DNA from: Lama glama
Taxonomy: Eukaryota
Reading direction: 5' to 3'
Assembly (NCBI GenBank): GCA_028534125.1
Contig: CM052816.1
Span: 59,894,001-59,958,000 of the forward strand
Length of the DNA stretch: 64,000 nt
Of the stretch, positions 52,401 through 64,000 are shown one piece after another. The translations under genes were made by a program, and so were the position numbers. The notes under the pieces are model-generated. The model was given only the letters and a program-made list of their open reading frames with translations. It ran no database searches and was not told the origin of the DNA. The stretch's first letter is position 1. Every line of letters begins with the position of its first letter.

Positions 52401-54499
52401 CTTAGCCTCCAAATTTTAGTCTCTTCATCATCTTTGCCACCACCTGAGCAACTCACTCCCATATATTTGGAGAAATAACTATGTTTGAGGTTTTATCTTA
52501 CTTTTACTAACTGTATTTCTTCCTTTCACCAGTTTTTCTCACTTAATTTCTTTTCTTGTTAGGCTTATTTTCATAAGACACCTCTACTCTGTTTAAAATG
52601 AGAATGGGTATAAATAAAAAGCACTTCAGCCTGTGATTAATTCAAGCTTTGCACATAGGACATAATTAAATACTCAGATGTCCAACACCTGAGAAAGAAC
52701 ATTTGTTACCGCAGAACTATAAGAACATTATTGATTCTGCAAGGCACACTTGCTGCCACGTTTACATCTTGTAATATATACTTTAATATTGAGGTTAAGA
52801 TTTCATAGGCAGCGCTCAGGCTCCAAATCCCCATGTACCTCATTATTAGACTTACCAAAAAATTACTGTCCAAGCCCAGGTAATTTTAAAAATCATAAAA
52901 AGCATCACTAACAATTTTGCCAGGACAATAAGTATAGACAGAGACATATGATCACCCTCCATGCAGATCAATTTTAAAATGTGGACTTAAGTTCCAAATT
53001 ATCCCCACTCTTTAAGGAAAATTTTTAATTCTATTATATTACTTTTATCATTTTCTACTTTTTCCCATTTCTCTTTGTATATGAGTTTGTTCAGTTCCAG
53101 AGATATCTGGAATGTCCACAGGGCTCTGCTGACTTTTGACAAAGGATTGTAGAGCTACTAGTCTTGATGGCTGGGAACTTTCTTGCCAGTCAATCAAGCA
53201 ACTGGTTAGCTCATTACACTCATGATGAAACCGCCCAGAAGGATGGAAATGGGGGAGAGTAACTGAATTTAGACAGCAATTCTGTTACCTTCCCCGCACC
53301 ACTAAAATTTGTTGCACTTGATTACACCTACTCAATGTGAAAACAAGTCCTGTGCATTTGAAAGGCACAGTGAAAAATATCACATGTACCCTGTGGACCA
53401 AATATGAATGAAAATAATTTGTTGGATTATGGTTCCACATGAGCTGTCAGAGAATGATATACATGGCCATTTTGATAGGCAGGTAAGAAAAAGTTCTTAA
53501 AGAGAGATTTATCTTTTTATTTTTTTAAACAGTGGACGGTAGTAAACCCATATCCCCATCTCTGATGGCCTTTTGGCCTGGCTACTTACTGAAACGTCAA
53601 AGAGAAGAATGCAGGGAGCAGTTCCAAGCAGATGAGAGTGAGGAAACAAAAGAGAACTTTTGATAGAAATAAGGACTGACAATTTCCTCCTCAAGACCAC
53701 CCACATGGGAGGGTTTTTCCAACTCTGAAAGAAGGGCCCACCCTGAATTTGAGCATTTATGTTAAGTATCTAAAAATAACATGTGGGGACTGAGTTATTT
53801 AAGCTTCCTACTCTGATAGATTCATTTTCCAGATCTTTATTAAGCAATGCATCCTTTAAGGAGGAGATTGCTCCAGAGATACTGCGAATGCTTTGGTCAT
53901 TTCTGACCTCCCCTTCCCTGGCAAGGCAAGGCAAGGCACTCAAGGTTGCAGTGGTCCAGGGGTAAAAAACCTCTTAGTCCAGCTGCAAGTTTGTAAAGCT
54001 GAAGGGCATGTGGTCCCAGAGAGGTTCTGAGAGTGAGCCGGGTTTTAGGCCTCCAGGAGTGAAAGAAAAACCCAGGCTAGTTGGGAGCTGAAGCAGAGAG
54101 AGGGGAATTGAGAAGTCCCACAGCAAAGCACAGCACATAGGAGCCAGCCTGGAGAGACTCCTGAGAGGCTGGACGTGCTTTTATCTATTCCTAGCCTTTC
54201 TCCTCTTTGGACATCCATTCACTTTGGCACCCTATCAAAACCTGAGAAGCTTTTGGATGAGACGTTATACCACACCCAATGCAGTTCAGATTTCATCAGT
54301 TTGGCATTGTCTTCCTTCATAGAGCTTGAGGTCAAAATTAAAGAACACAAAGAATGGTCTAATTCTCTGTAAACAGCTGAAAGTACAACATCTCTTAGGC
54401 CAATATTTATATAGTAAAAATTAACCTCCAACAGAATTTATCAATGCTAATAAAAGAAGATGTGCAATCTTTTTTTTTTTTAAAGTACCAGTTCCTACA

Positions 54500-54700
54500 T
54501 AAGCAACTTGTGTTCATTAGCTTGTTAACCTCTACAATGATCCTGCAAGGGAAATTCTGCTATTTAATCCATTACACAGATAAGAAAAATAAAAACATAT
54601 GAGTGAATAAATAAGTTAAGCAATTTGCTTAAAGACATATGACTTGTGACAAAGCTGCAATTTAAATCAGGTACTTTTGATTTCAAAACCTTAAACCTTC
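54500..54700 (-). mobile_element. MIR
   Basis: 'ccattacacagataagaaaa...aagttaagcaatttgcttaaagacata'. Confidence 0.6.
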
Positions 54701-55994
54701 CAAATTTATTAATGAAATTTTCAAAAGAGATCAATACAAAAAACTTTAACCTGATAGCATGTGCAGGCGAGATCAGTGTTACAGAGGGCACCCGCTGAAC
54801 ATCTCTCCACCTTAATTACACCTTTCCAAAGATGGTCTAATCATCATGTGATTGATTTTAAGGACCCAAAGCTTTTGACATGACATTTACTAGCAAGAGA
54901 TTTTCTTCAGCACTTTCAGCCTATGGTTCGTGGGTGTACTCATGCCCCTTTTAGTAGTATTTTTCAAAGAAACAAAATAGATTTCAACTGTTTCTACATT
55001 GGAAAAGGATTGTATGGTACATTAACAGAAGGCAAAGTAATGCAGTGTTTTTTACATATGGTAGATAATGTGATGAAGCACTGATTGACTCTCCCATGGG
55101 TTTGCAAATCATTTACTGAGCCTGTTCAGAAAATGTGTAAACTACCAGAATTTTTGCAAGTAAATACTATTTTCTTTGTAACTGTGTAAATAATCTCAGT
55201 AGGTATTTACTGAGGATAGAATGAAATGACATTAGGCAATTAATCAGAAAACCTCTTCTAATGTGCATCTTTTTGCTATAATCAATCAAATGGACAACAT
55301 GTCCTGAATTGAATTAATCCAAAGTCATTAGTCAGTTTGGCCTCAATAATTCTCTCAGTTTCTTTCCCACTTAAAGATTCCATTGTTCTCCTCCAGTGCC
55401 ACCAGACTCTATCCTGTCAATCCCATAGAACTCTGTGAGACTCAAACACGATTTTCCAAATTTTATAGAAAATCTGGCTCTTTAGAATTATTACATTATA
55501 GACTGCAGCTACTCTGCTAACAACATAAGCAGAGTGTTCAACCAAAACTTGGCTTTCCTTAAGCCCCAAGTGTTGAAATAAACAGAATGTTGAAACAGCA
55601 CTGCTGTTTTAGCACTCTACATTTATGTCATCACGTTTGTTATTCTCAGCTATCTCATACTAACTGCTATCCCAAACTGGAGATTTCTGCCTGTCTTTTA
55701 CCTCCACGTTAGCAAAGGGGAAGATCTGGATATAAAGTAATCATCTAAGCTCTATAATTAAAAAGGGGGAGTGATAAATTCCAGTTTCTTCAAGAAAAAG
55801 AGATGTATTTAAGATAGGCTTATAAAGAACACTTCATCCCTTCTAAAAGAGCCAGGATGATAGCTCTGACAAGTAAGGAAACAAGGAAGAGCAACCTATC
55901 TCCCACAGATTAACATGGCACCCACTGTGGAAGGCTCTCAGCTTCTTCAAAGGTGAGTTTTCCTCTGGGTGAGCAATGTGCTTGAGGGCAGGGT

Positions 55995-56210
55995 CTGTAG
56001 TCTGAAAGAAATGTACTCAAATTCTGGTTTTATCTACTGTGTAATTTAAGCAAGTTACCTAACTTCTCTAACCAGAGCCCCAAATATGTAAAAGAGGATG
56101 AAAATAGTAATATCTACCTCACTGAGTTGTCCAGAGAATAAAATGAAGTAACACATATAGGTATTTAGCATGGTACCAGGCATGCAGTAAGCATTTATAA
56201 AGCATTATTA
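55995..56210 (+). mobile_element. MIR
   Basis: 'agcaagttacctaacttctctaa...ctacctcactgagttgt...ttagcatggtaccaggcatgcagtaagc'. Confidence 0.8.
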
Positions 56211-58519
56211 CTTACCATAGGACTAAGCAGTATTTCTAAAACCTAGGAAATTTGGAATGTTTACTAGCAGAACTAATGGTAAGGCCATACCAAGGTACTT
56301 AGACAAATGTACTGGCATTTGATGTAAACATACTATTTCATCATTCTCTACCTGTCATATCTTCTCTAGTTCTGCCAACTCATTTTTATTAATTTTCTTC
56401 ATTTAAGTAAATTTATACACCCTTCCCACTACATGTGAATAAACGATGATGTTCTGTGAAATGTATTTACCAAGGTCTTTGCTTAAATGAGAAATTTCAA
56501 ACCCCATCATTTAATTTAAATATAATCAGTAAAAGCACATTTTCCATTTGTTAAAAAGTGAGCAGAGGAGAAATTTATGAATTTGAACACAAGATTCCAT
56601 GCCTCATTACTGTCATGGATACTCCCAAAGTCCTACAGAGAATGTGACACAAAACAACATGTGACGGTGTCACTTAGGGAACTTTTGACAGTTCAGGCTG
56701 TAGCACTGGTAGGCCAAGAATCACTTAAATTTATCAGAACAAACGGTCACGTCAAAAACGCAGTTTCATTCATCACAGCCATATGCTGTATTGACTCTCC
56801 ATTAATGGTTTGTGCTTACAAAGTTCAAATGCCCAGCCGTTTTTCATTTATGATGTGTGAGATGTTGAAGGTTGTAAACGCTGGAGAGGGAGAAATTATT
56901 CTAGGTGGTCTTGGTAAGGGGGAAGAGGACTTAATTAGGAATGACATAGCCAAGGGGAAGAGAGACAGACTTGAACCTGACAATAGAAAACAACTTTTCT
57001 AACAACACCAGAAGCTAACATGATATTATCCAACGGAAAGTGAAGGAAACCAACGAAGCAAAATGATTTGATGAGGCCTTAATTCCTCAAACATCATTAA
57101 TGCAATTTTTAGCTGAAAGCAAGAGCACTGTAAAAATAAATAATAGCACACATTTACTTTATTGTGATGTGAAAGGAACTGAATAACCCAAAGAGAGCAT
57201 GTATGTTTTCAATCAGGACTTTCACGGCAGGCTTGGAAACCTCAGCAAACGTGACAACCCAAGAGGGAACCAGGGCAAGGGCCCGCAAGAACCTCCACTT
57301 TTCTCCTGCCCATTCTCTGGCTTAGGACAGTGAACGCCTCAGCAAAATGAGGCTAGGATGCCAGGTAGATCTTTTTCTAGAACTAGTATTTTTGGATGCA
57401 GAGATCACGAATCATTCTAAAACTGACAGCAGAAGTGCAAAGAATTTGGAAAGGCACAAGGAGAGCCATGCAGTCAGCACTGACACCTCAAAGAGAAGAG
57501 AAGAGAAAGGGTGGCAGGATGGCTAGAGGATAGCCAGAAATCAGTGGAGAAAGGGGAAGCTGGAATTGCTTTGGGAAAAAAGCTCCAGGTGAGGCATGTC
57601 CAGAGAGGATTCTTCCAAAGAAGCTAAGGGCAGACAGCCTGCCCTTAATCTGAAAGAGAAAGCTGTTTATTCTATCAAAATGGTAGGTCTCTGATATCCG
57701 GCTCATCCTTTCCTCTCTCCGCTCCCTCCATCTTAACTGCCACAGGTAAAGCGTGTTCGGTGCTGGAAGAAAAGATGGTAGAATTAGAGTTGCTGACCTT
57801 AACTCTCAATGCTTTTGGATGTGTATAATTAAAACTCATAAAATGAGGATGAAGTGGGAGGACTATGAGATGGGGACCAGGAGGATGTGAGGAAGAACAC
57901 TGAGTAAGAGGAAGTGATCCTGGAAGCCTGTAGGAACTGCAAAGAGAAGAGACAGATGTGAGTGAACTTCAAAGGTCTAAGGGGAAGGGGTCAGAAAGAC
58001 CCGCTGGGCTTTCCAGACACAAAACATATGGATGAGGAAATAAACAATACCAATTCCTATGGTAAAAATGAAAAAGAGTTCTCCATTTCCTATGAAAAAC
58101 TGGAGCCTATTCAAAACACTTGGGGTGATTGTGTTTGGTTTTCTTTGCAAATGCTCCACTATAAAATGCTAGTACTAAATAATCTTGAAGTTTTAATTTA
58201 CAGGCTCAGTTAAGTTGCAGAAGAGCTCCTCCTGTTTTAATTTCAGAATTCTATATTCTCAGTATTGGGACTATGGAAGTCAACTAGGCCAGCCCTTGTC
58301 AGATTCATAGAAACCATGTCTCTGGATGAGACAACACCTCCCATAGGAATCAGTTAAGCAATGTGGTCTAACCTCTGTGTATTCCCAATGGGGTGATATC
58401 TCAAATGACTGAGTCAAGGTCTGGGATTGAGAAATGTGGATTTCACATCCCAGCTCTCTCGGCACTTTAATGAGCAATCACATGAAATCCTGGAACTCTC
58501 TTAACACTAAAAATGATCC

Positions 58520-58690
58520 TTGCATTTAGATAGCACTTGCAAGTTTGCCAAAGCCATTTTCATCAATGTTCTCATTTGATTCTCACTGTAGACACAAGAG
58601 GGATTATATTTCCTAGTTTTCAGGTTTGAAGACTAGTAAGATTCAAAGAATTTATGAGACTTGCCTAAAGTCACACAATTAATAAGATCT
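58520..58690 (-). mobile_element. MIR (MIRc/MIR3-like)
   Basis: 'gcatttagatagcactt...tctcatttgattctcac...gacttgcctaaagtcacaca'. Confidence 0.7.
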
Positions 58691-59092
58691 AATACCAATT
58701 TGCTTCTGCAAATGTACAAAAGCACTTACTAAAGCAACTTTTATTTCCAATCATTAAATTATATCGTACTTAAGACATTTCCAATGAAATGGATAATTAA
58801 GAGTATGCTAATACAAGCACAGCATGGGTAATTAACCTGATAAAATACATTTTGCTTCTCTCAGTTTGTGTATGTATTTGAAAATCTGTACACGGTAATG
58901 TACTCCATCTTATTACTACACAAAAAGTACGCCATTCATAAGCTATTATTTTAGGGAAAAAAAGTTTCTGCAAGAAGTTTCTGCAGAATTCAAGGTATCC
59001 TGCATATGGGAAAGGCGTATATGTTCCATAAATCCAAATCAAAGCCTTGTTCTCCTTAATAGGAAATACCTTTCCTACTTAGAGATAGGTCC

Positions 59093-59345
59093 GTGTTATG
59101 GTTAAGCACACAGACTTTGGTATCAATCTGCCCCAAATTTAAAACTTGGTTCCAGCACTTAGTAGATGTCTGATGCTAAGCAAGCTACTTAACCTTCTGT
59201 GCTTCCGTTTTCTCATCTATAAAATGGGAATACAATATTATTGACCCATAGGGATACTGTGAGTATCCAGTAAGTTAATATCTTTAAGACGTTTAGAACC
59301 ATTCCTGATATATATATATATAGTAAGTCCAATATGTATGAGTTA
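59093..59345 (+). mobile_element. MIR, near full length
   Basis: 'tggttaagcacacagactttgg...gcaagctacttaaccttctgtgcttccgttttctcatctataaaatggga'. Confidence 0.9.
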
Positions 59346-61944
59346 TTCCTATTTCTGTCTGTCAAACACTGTACACCAGGTGCAGTGGAGTCTTACCCAA
59401 TTCACAAAATACCTCTGTGAGATGGTTATTATTACACTATCTAGAAGGGGAAAAAAACCCTCAGAGAAGTCTAGGAATTAGCACCATGGCACACGGCTAA
59501 TGAAAGGCACAGTCAACCTTCAGCCTGGCCTCTCCACGTTTAATTGTCCTCAATACATACTTCCATCTAAAGAGAAAGTAGTGAGATAAAGGTCAACATG
59601 ACTGCTGTGTGTGATCCTTACAAACATGGACCCGTATTTCAGGCTTCAATTCGAGAAACCTATAATTATTCATTTAAAAGTCTTTAAAAAAAATGAAATC
59701 TCAAAGAAACTGGTGTCAATTTGACTAAAGTTCAGAAGTCACCAAGTGATGAGGCATGCTACAAATGTACATTCATAGAAACGCATTTAATTTTCACAGG
59801 AAATGATCATTGTCTGCATTTTATAGTTCAAACAGCAATTTCAGAGATGTTGGATCTCCTGGGTATCTCTAGGCCAGATGGTTAGGGAACTTGAATCTGA
59901 GTGTTACAGCCCTTTCCTGCACATTTCCCTCTCTGCTAATTTATACTCGACTCATGTGTTGTTTTCACTTGTCCTTGAAGAAATTATTGTGATGCTACTA
60001 ACCCAACTAGTCCCACTGAGCCACTCACCAAAATACCTCCTATTTTACCTGCCTTAGGATATACCCTACACAAGCAAGACACGTGCAATCCATCAGAATC
60101 ACTTTAACTCTATGACGAAGGTTCCCTGTACAGCACAGGTTACTCTTTAAGTGGCTCCTCTGGTGAGCACTAATGCACATTCAGTGGAAAACAGTAAGAT
60201 ATAATTAAATAATTATTATTGAAGAGATTTTTTTAAAAATAAACTTTCTTTTGGGTGACTAAAAATTGCATTTCTCCATCTATTGCTACTAAAAATGTGG
60301 TCATGTTCAACTCTGCCTCAGAATGAAAAAGGGGATATATATAGTGCTTTTTAAGGTTGTTGTAAACAAACTTTCAGGAATATCAGGGTGGAATTCGGGT
60401 GTTTTAATATTCACCTGAGAAAGGGATGGTGATACCAACCATGTTTTTCCCTCCTGATCACTATATACCAGGAAAGAAATCCAAAGGAGCTTCTCTGAAA
60501 TTCTACTTTGACAGAATTTCAAAAAGTACCCTCTCCAAATTGCTACTCAGCAGAAAGAAATCACCAGTTTCATTCACTTGGGAGCTATAAACTCAGAAAT
60601 CAGGAGGAAAAGCTTTGCATACACTGATGCGAGCTGGATGATGCAATTAAATAATTTCATTGGAATATTTCAGAGGCGCAGTTCTAAGTAGAAAGTGAGA
60701 AATAAATAAGATGCCGTGGTATTTATCACTCCTCCAAGAACTTCAGACAAATCAGAATTTATACCCTCTGAGCAACAAATGTCTGTTTTGGGGCTTATTC
60801 CAACATCTTCCAAGAACAAAGTGTTTCCAGGACTAACTTCAAAGGGGATCACATAAGCAGGACTTACAAAGTTTATACCAAAAACATTTCAAATCAGTAG
60901 GTATCTTAAATCAATTATGCCGACTGAGATCATTAGCTAGGCAGTAAAAGTGAAAATAATCCAGTTTTGGGAGAGGCATTATTCCTCCTTTCACAAACTG
61001 GAAAATATCATATTATTAACTGTGACTCTTAACTATGGAGATTGGAGCCCTTAGAAGTCTTCAAGAAGATTTAAATTGTGTGTATTTTACATGGGCCAAA
61101 ATGGAAGCCGTGCAGGGAAGGGTTCTCCCTGATTCAGTTCACGTTACTTGCTTCAGTGTTTAATTAATGACTTGGTGACATGTTTTGAAAACAGCAATGT
61201 TTCTAAGTCCCTTAGCAATGTCAAATCCAGGACTTCCTTCTCACTACAGCCAAGGTTGAGCTTAAACTCCAGCTCCATGGATAGTAAGGAAACAAGCTTT
61301 CTGTTATGTAGGCTAAAAAATAAATGTATGCCTACCCCAGAGACTGTGCCATGAAACAAAGAAACAAAACATAGGAAAGGGGGAATAGAAGAGGCCTGAG
61401 CTTAAATAACTGTGCAAGCTTGTCTCAGCCACAATCAACAGCAGATTATTTGAAACCATTCTTGCAAGGCTCCTTACATCCCTCATAATGAGGGAATAAC
61501 TAGATGGAAAAGAAGAGGCCCTGCAGAGGTACATTAGCAGTGCCATGAAGAATAGAGGACAAAAAGGGAAAATACTACTGGTTTAAAAAAAAATTACAAT
61601 GCATTCGCTTTTGTGTCTTAGGAACACAAGAGTTCTAATGTCATTTTCCTCAAAAGCATGCCTAATCTATTTTAACCTAAAAGAACTTCTTTATATCAGA
61701 AAAATACAAAGTATGTGTTAAATTACAAATGCCCTTTGGGAACATGAGTGTCTAGCTGGTTGCACAGAATTTCTCCATCTTCCATTCAACCTGCTGGTTT
61801 GAGTCAATGATGCTACTGTTGAATGACAGAAGAAGATATGTCACTGACAGTCTTTTCCTCACAATCATTTTCCTGCCTGGAAGGGATAGACATACATCAC
61901 CTACTCTACTCCTATTTTTTAAACTCAAATGATCTCTATTTACA

Positions 61945-61948
<4 letters not shown>

Positions 61949-61980
<32 letters not shown>

Positions 61981-61992
61981 TCTCTCTCTCTC
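61949..61992. repeat. (GT)15 followed by a short (CT)n
   Basis: Read directly. Confidence 0.95.
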
Positions 61993-62511
61993 CTCTTCCC
62001 CTTCTTTTTTAACTCTTGCCTAATTACTTCAGCAAAATCATCTTCTCGTCGTTGTATACACAAACAAGTTCTTGTCTTTTGGAGTTTCAGAAGTATAAAA
62101 ACAATTCTACCAGCACAACTATATCAAATAAAAAGAAAGCCTTTAAATTTTAAATAAAATTAGATACAATAAATATTCATTTCCAAAGCCCCTAAAAGTA
62201 CTCATAAATCTAAAATCTTCTCCAAAAATTCTACTTCTCATCCTCCTTTCCCTTAAGCACAATCATCTAAGAGTAAAATAAAATAACTCTAGCTTTCTCT
62301 TTTTACTAATATTGTGACAGCATTGCTCTTTTCTCCTATTTTATTACAAATGCATGTATTTAGCTATTTCATAGCTTAAATAGACTATGGATTTGTCTGG
62401 AAATTTAACTACGCTTTATAAAGTGTTTCTATGAAGACATATGTTAGGATCCCAGATACTTCAATTTCAAAATAATTGCCAAACAGAGCTCATTCAAAAG
62501 ACGCAAAATAC

Positions 62512-63182
62512 GGCAGCAATTATGGAAAGCAGTATGGAGATTTATAAAAACTAAAAATAGTCTTACCTTACAATCCAGCAGTCTCACTCATGGACATATA
62601 TCTGGAGGGAACTCTAAATTGAAATGATACATGCACCCCAATGTTAACAGCAGCACTATTTACAGTAGCCAAGACATGAAAGCAACCTAAATGTCCATTG
62701 ACAGACAGATATTGTGGTATATTTATACAATGGCATACTACTTAGCCATAAAAAGAATAAAGTAATGCCATTTGCAATAACATGGATGGACCTGGAGATC
62801 GTCATACTAAATGAAACAAGCCCGAAAGAGAAAGAAAAATACCATATGATATCACTTGTATGTGGAATCTAAAAAAAAAAAAAGACACAAACGAATTTAT
62901 TTACAAAACAGAAAGAGACATAGAAAACAAACTTATAGTTACCATGGGGGGAAGGGGATGGGCAGGGATAAACTGGGAGTTTGAGATTTGCAGACACTAA
63001 CTACTATATGTAAAATACATAAACAACAAGTTTATACTGTATAGCACAGAGAACTATATTCAATATCTTATAGTAACCTATAATGAAAATGAAAAGGAAT
63101 ATATGTATGCATGTATGTAATTGAAACATTATGCTATACACCAGAAATTGATACACTGTAAACTGACCATACATTAATAAAA
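62512..63182 (+). mobile_element. Lineage-specific L1, 5'-truncated (ORF2 C-terminus plus 3'UTR)
   Basis: Same family as 49337-50090; TSD aaaagacgcaaaatac (62496-62511) / aaaagatgctaaaatac (63183-63199). Confidence 0.92.
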
Positions 63183-63317
63183 AAAAGATGCTAAAATACT
63201 AACTTTTGAATAATTTGACAGAGTACACTATGCATTAAAGATTAGCAAAAATATGAGGTCCCCAAATGGACCTGCTCTTTCATGCATCATCATCAAGAGC
63301 TACAGTGAAAGGCAGGA

Positions 63318-63560
63318 AGGCATGGTTTTAAGCAATGCGGGCTTTGGAGCCAGATGGCCCAAGTCTAAACTACATACTAGTTGGGAAAACTTGAGCAAGT
63401 CGCTTAGTCTTCAGGTCCAAGCATCTTCTTCCCTAAAATAGGGATAGTTATAATACCTATGTCATAGAGATGCTACGAGAATTTAATGAATTAATTCATA
63501 TCAAGTTCATAGAACAATTCTTGGCAGAGAATGAATTTTTAATAAATGTTTGGGGTTATT
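63318..63560 (+). mobile_element. MIR, near full length
   Basis: 'gggctttggagccagatggccc...cttgagcaagtcgctta...taaaatagggatag...aataaatgtt'. Confidence 0.85.
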
Positions 63561-64000
63561 ATTATGATTATTATTATATCAGACACCAGAATCTCTTTCT
63601 GTCTCACATCTTCTTACCAAAACTCACATGGAGAAGGGTACACCAGGGAGCTCAAAAAAGACACAATAACTCCCTGACACCCAAATACATGGTGCGTGTG
63701 ATAAGAGGTGAGTAAATTGTGAGGCGAGTAGGCCTACAGAGTGGCTACAGCTCTCATCCAAAGTTCATGAGGGCTTGAAGCAACCCAGCTGCAGTTAGAA
63801 TAAAGATGGGTAAATAGGGGCTAAAAACCAAAATGGGAATGTTACCCGCTTCCCAACACTCATGCAAACATTCCCGATATGGCACAGAAGCTGATCAGTA
63901 ATAAGGAAAAGAAACATTTTTGGCTGAGCAATGCTGCCCTAGTCCCAGAACCCTGCCTGCCTTCTAGGATCTTCAGGACTCAGCTGTCATAGGACATTGG

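Noticed and set aside
53880..54320. Possible old LTR (a similar stretch lies at 57480-58140)
   Set aside because: Composition is LTR-like, but I could not match a family or find termini
56577..57002. 141-aa ORF, the longest gap-free ORF
   Set aside because: No recognisable domain, weak start context, no CpG island; the length is compatible with chance in 64 kb over six frames
1..64000. CRISPR arrays, operons, or a novel multi-gene system
   Set aside because: The sequence is mammalian non-coding DNA; there are no regularly spaced repeats and no gene cluster

Overview
AT-rich, CpG-poor mammalian genomic DNA, intergenic or deep-intronic. I could not recognise any protein-coding gene, RNA gene or CpG island, and the ORF track looks like chance ORFs or ORFs running through the N gap. 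A tRNA-derived SINE at 41848-41999 looks like the camelid Vic-1 type and points to a camel, alpaca or llama genome (inference from a recalled consensus). Much of the window is transposable-element debris: old L1M, L2, MIR, MLT1 LTRs, hAT elements (MER5A, MER58A, Charlie-type), one ERV1-type solo LTR, and several younger lineage-specific L1 3' ends with readable target-site duplications (TSDs). The most notable items seen directly are: (1) a young L1 hidden in a 500-N gap and flanked by an unusually long 54-bp TSD; (2) a perfect 35-bp inverted repeat with a duplicated loop at 37984-38075, which looks like a template-switch hairpin; (3) a roughly 90-bp twin-primed (5'-inverted) L1 insertion at 44688-44810; (4) two separate ~0.7-kb L1 copies truncated at practically the same 5' position. 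I found no evidence for a new multi-gene biological system. Subfamily names and boundaries of the old repeats are by eye and approximate.
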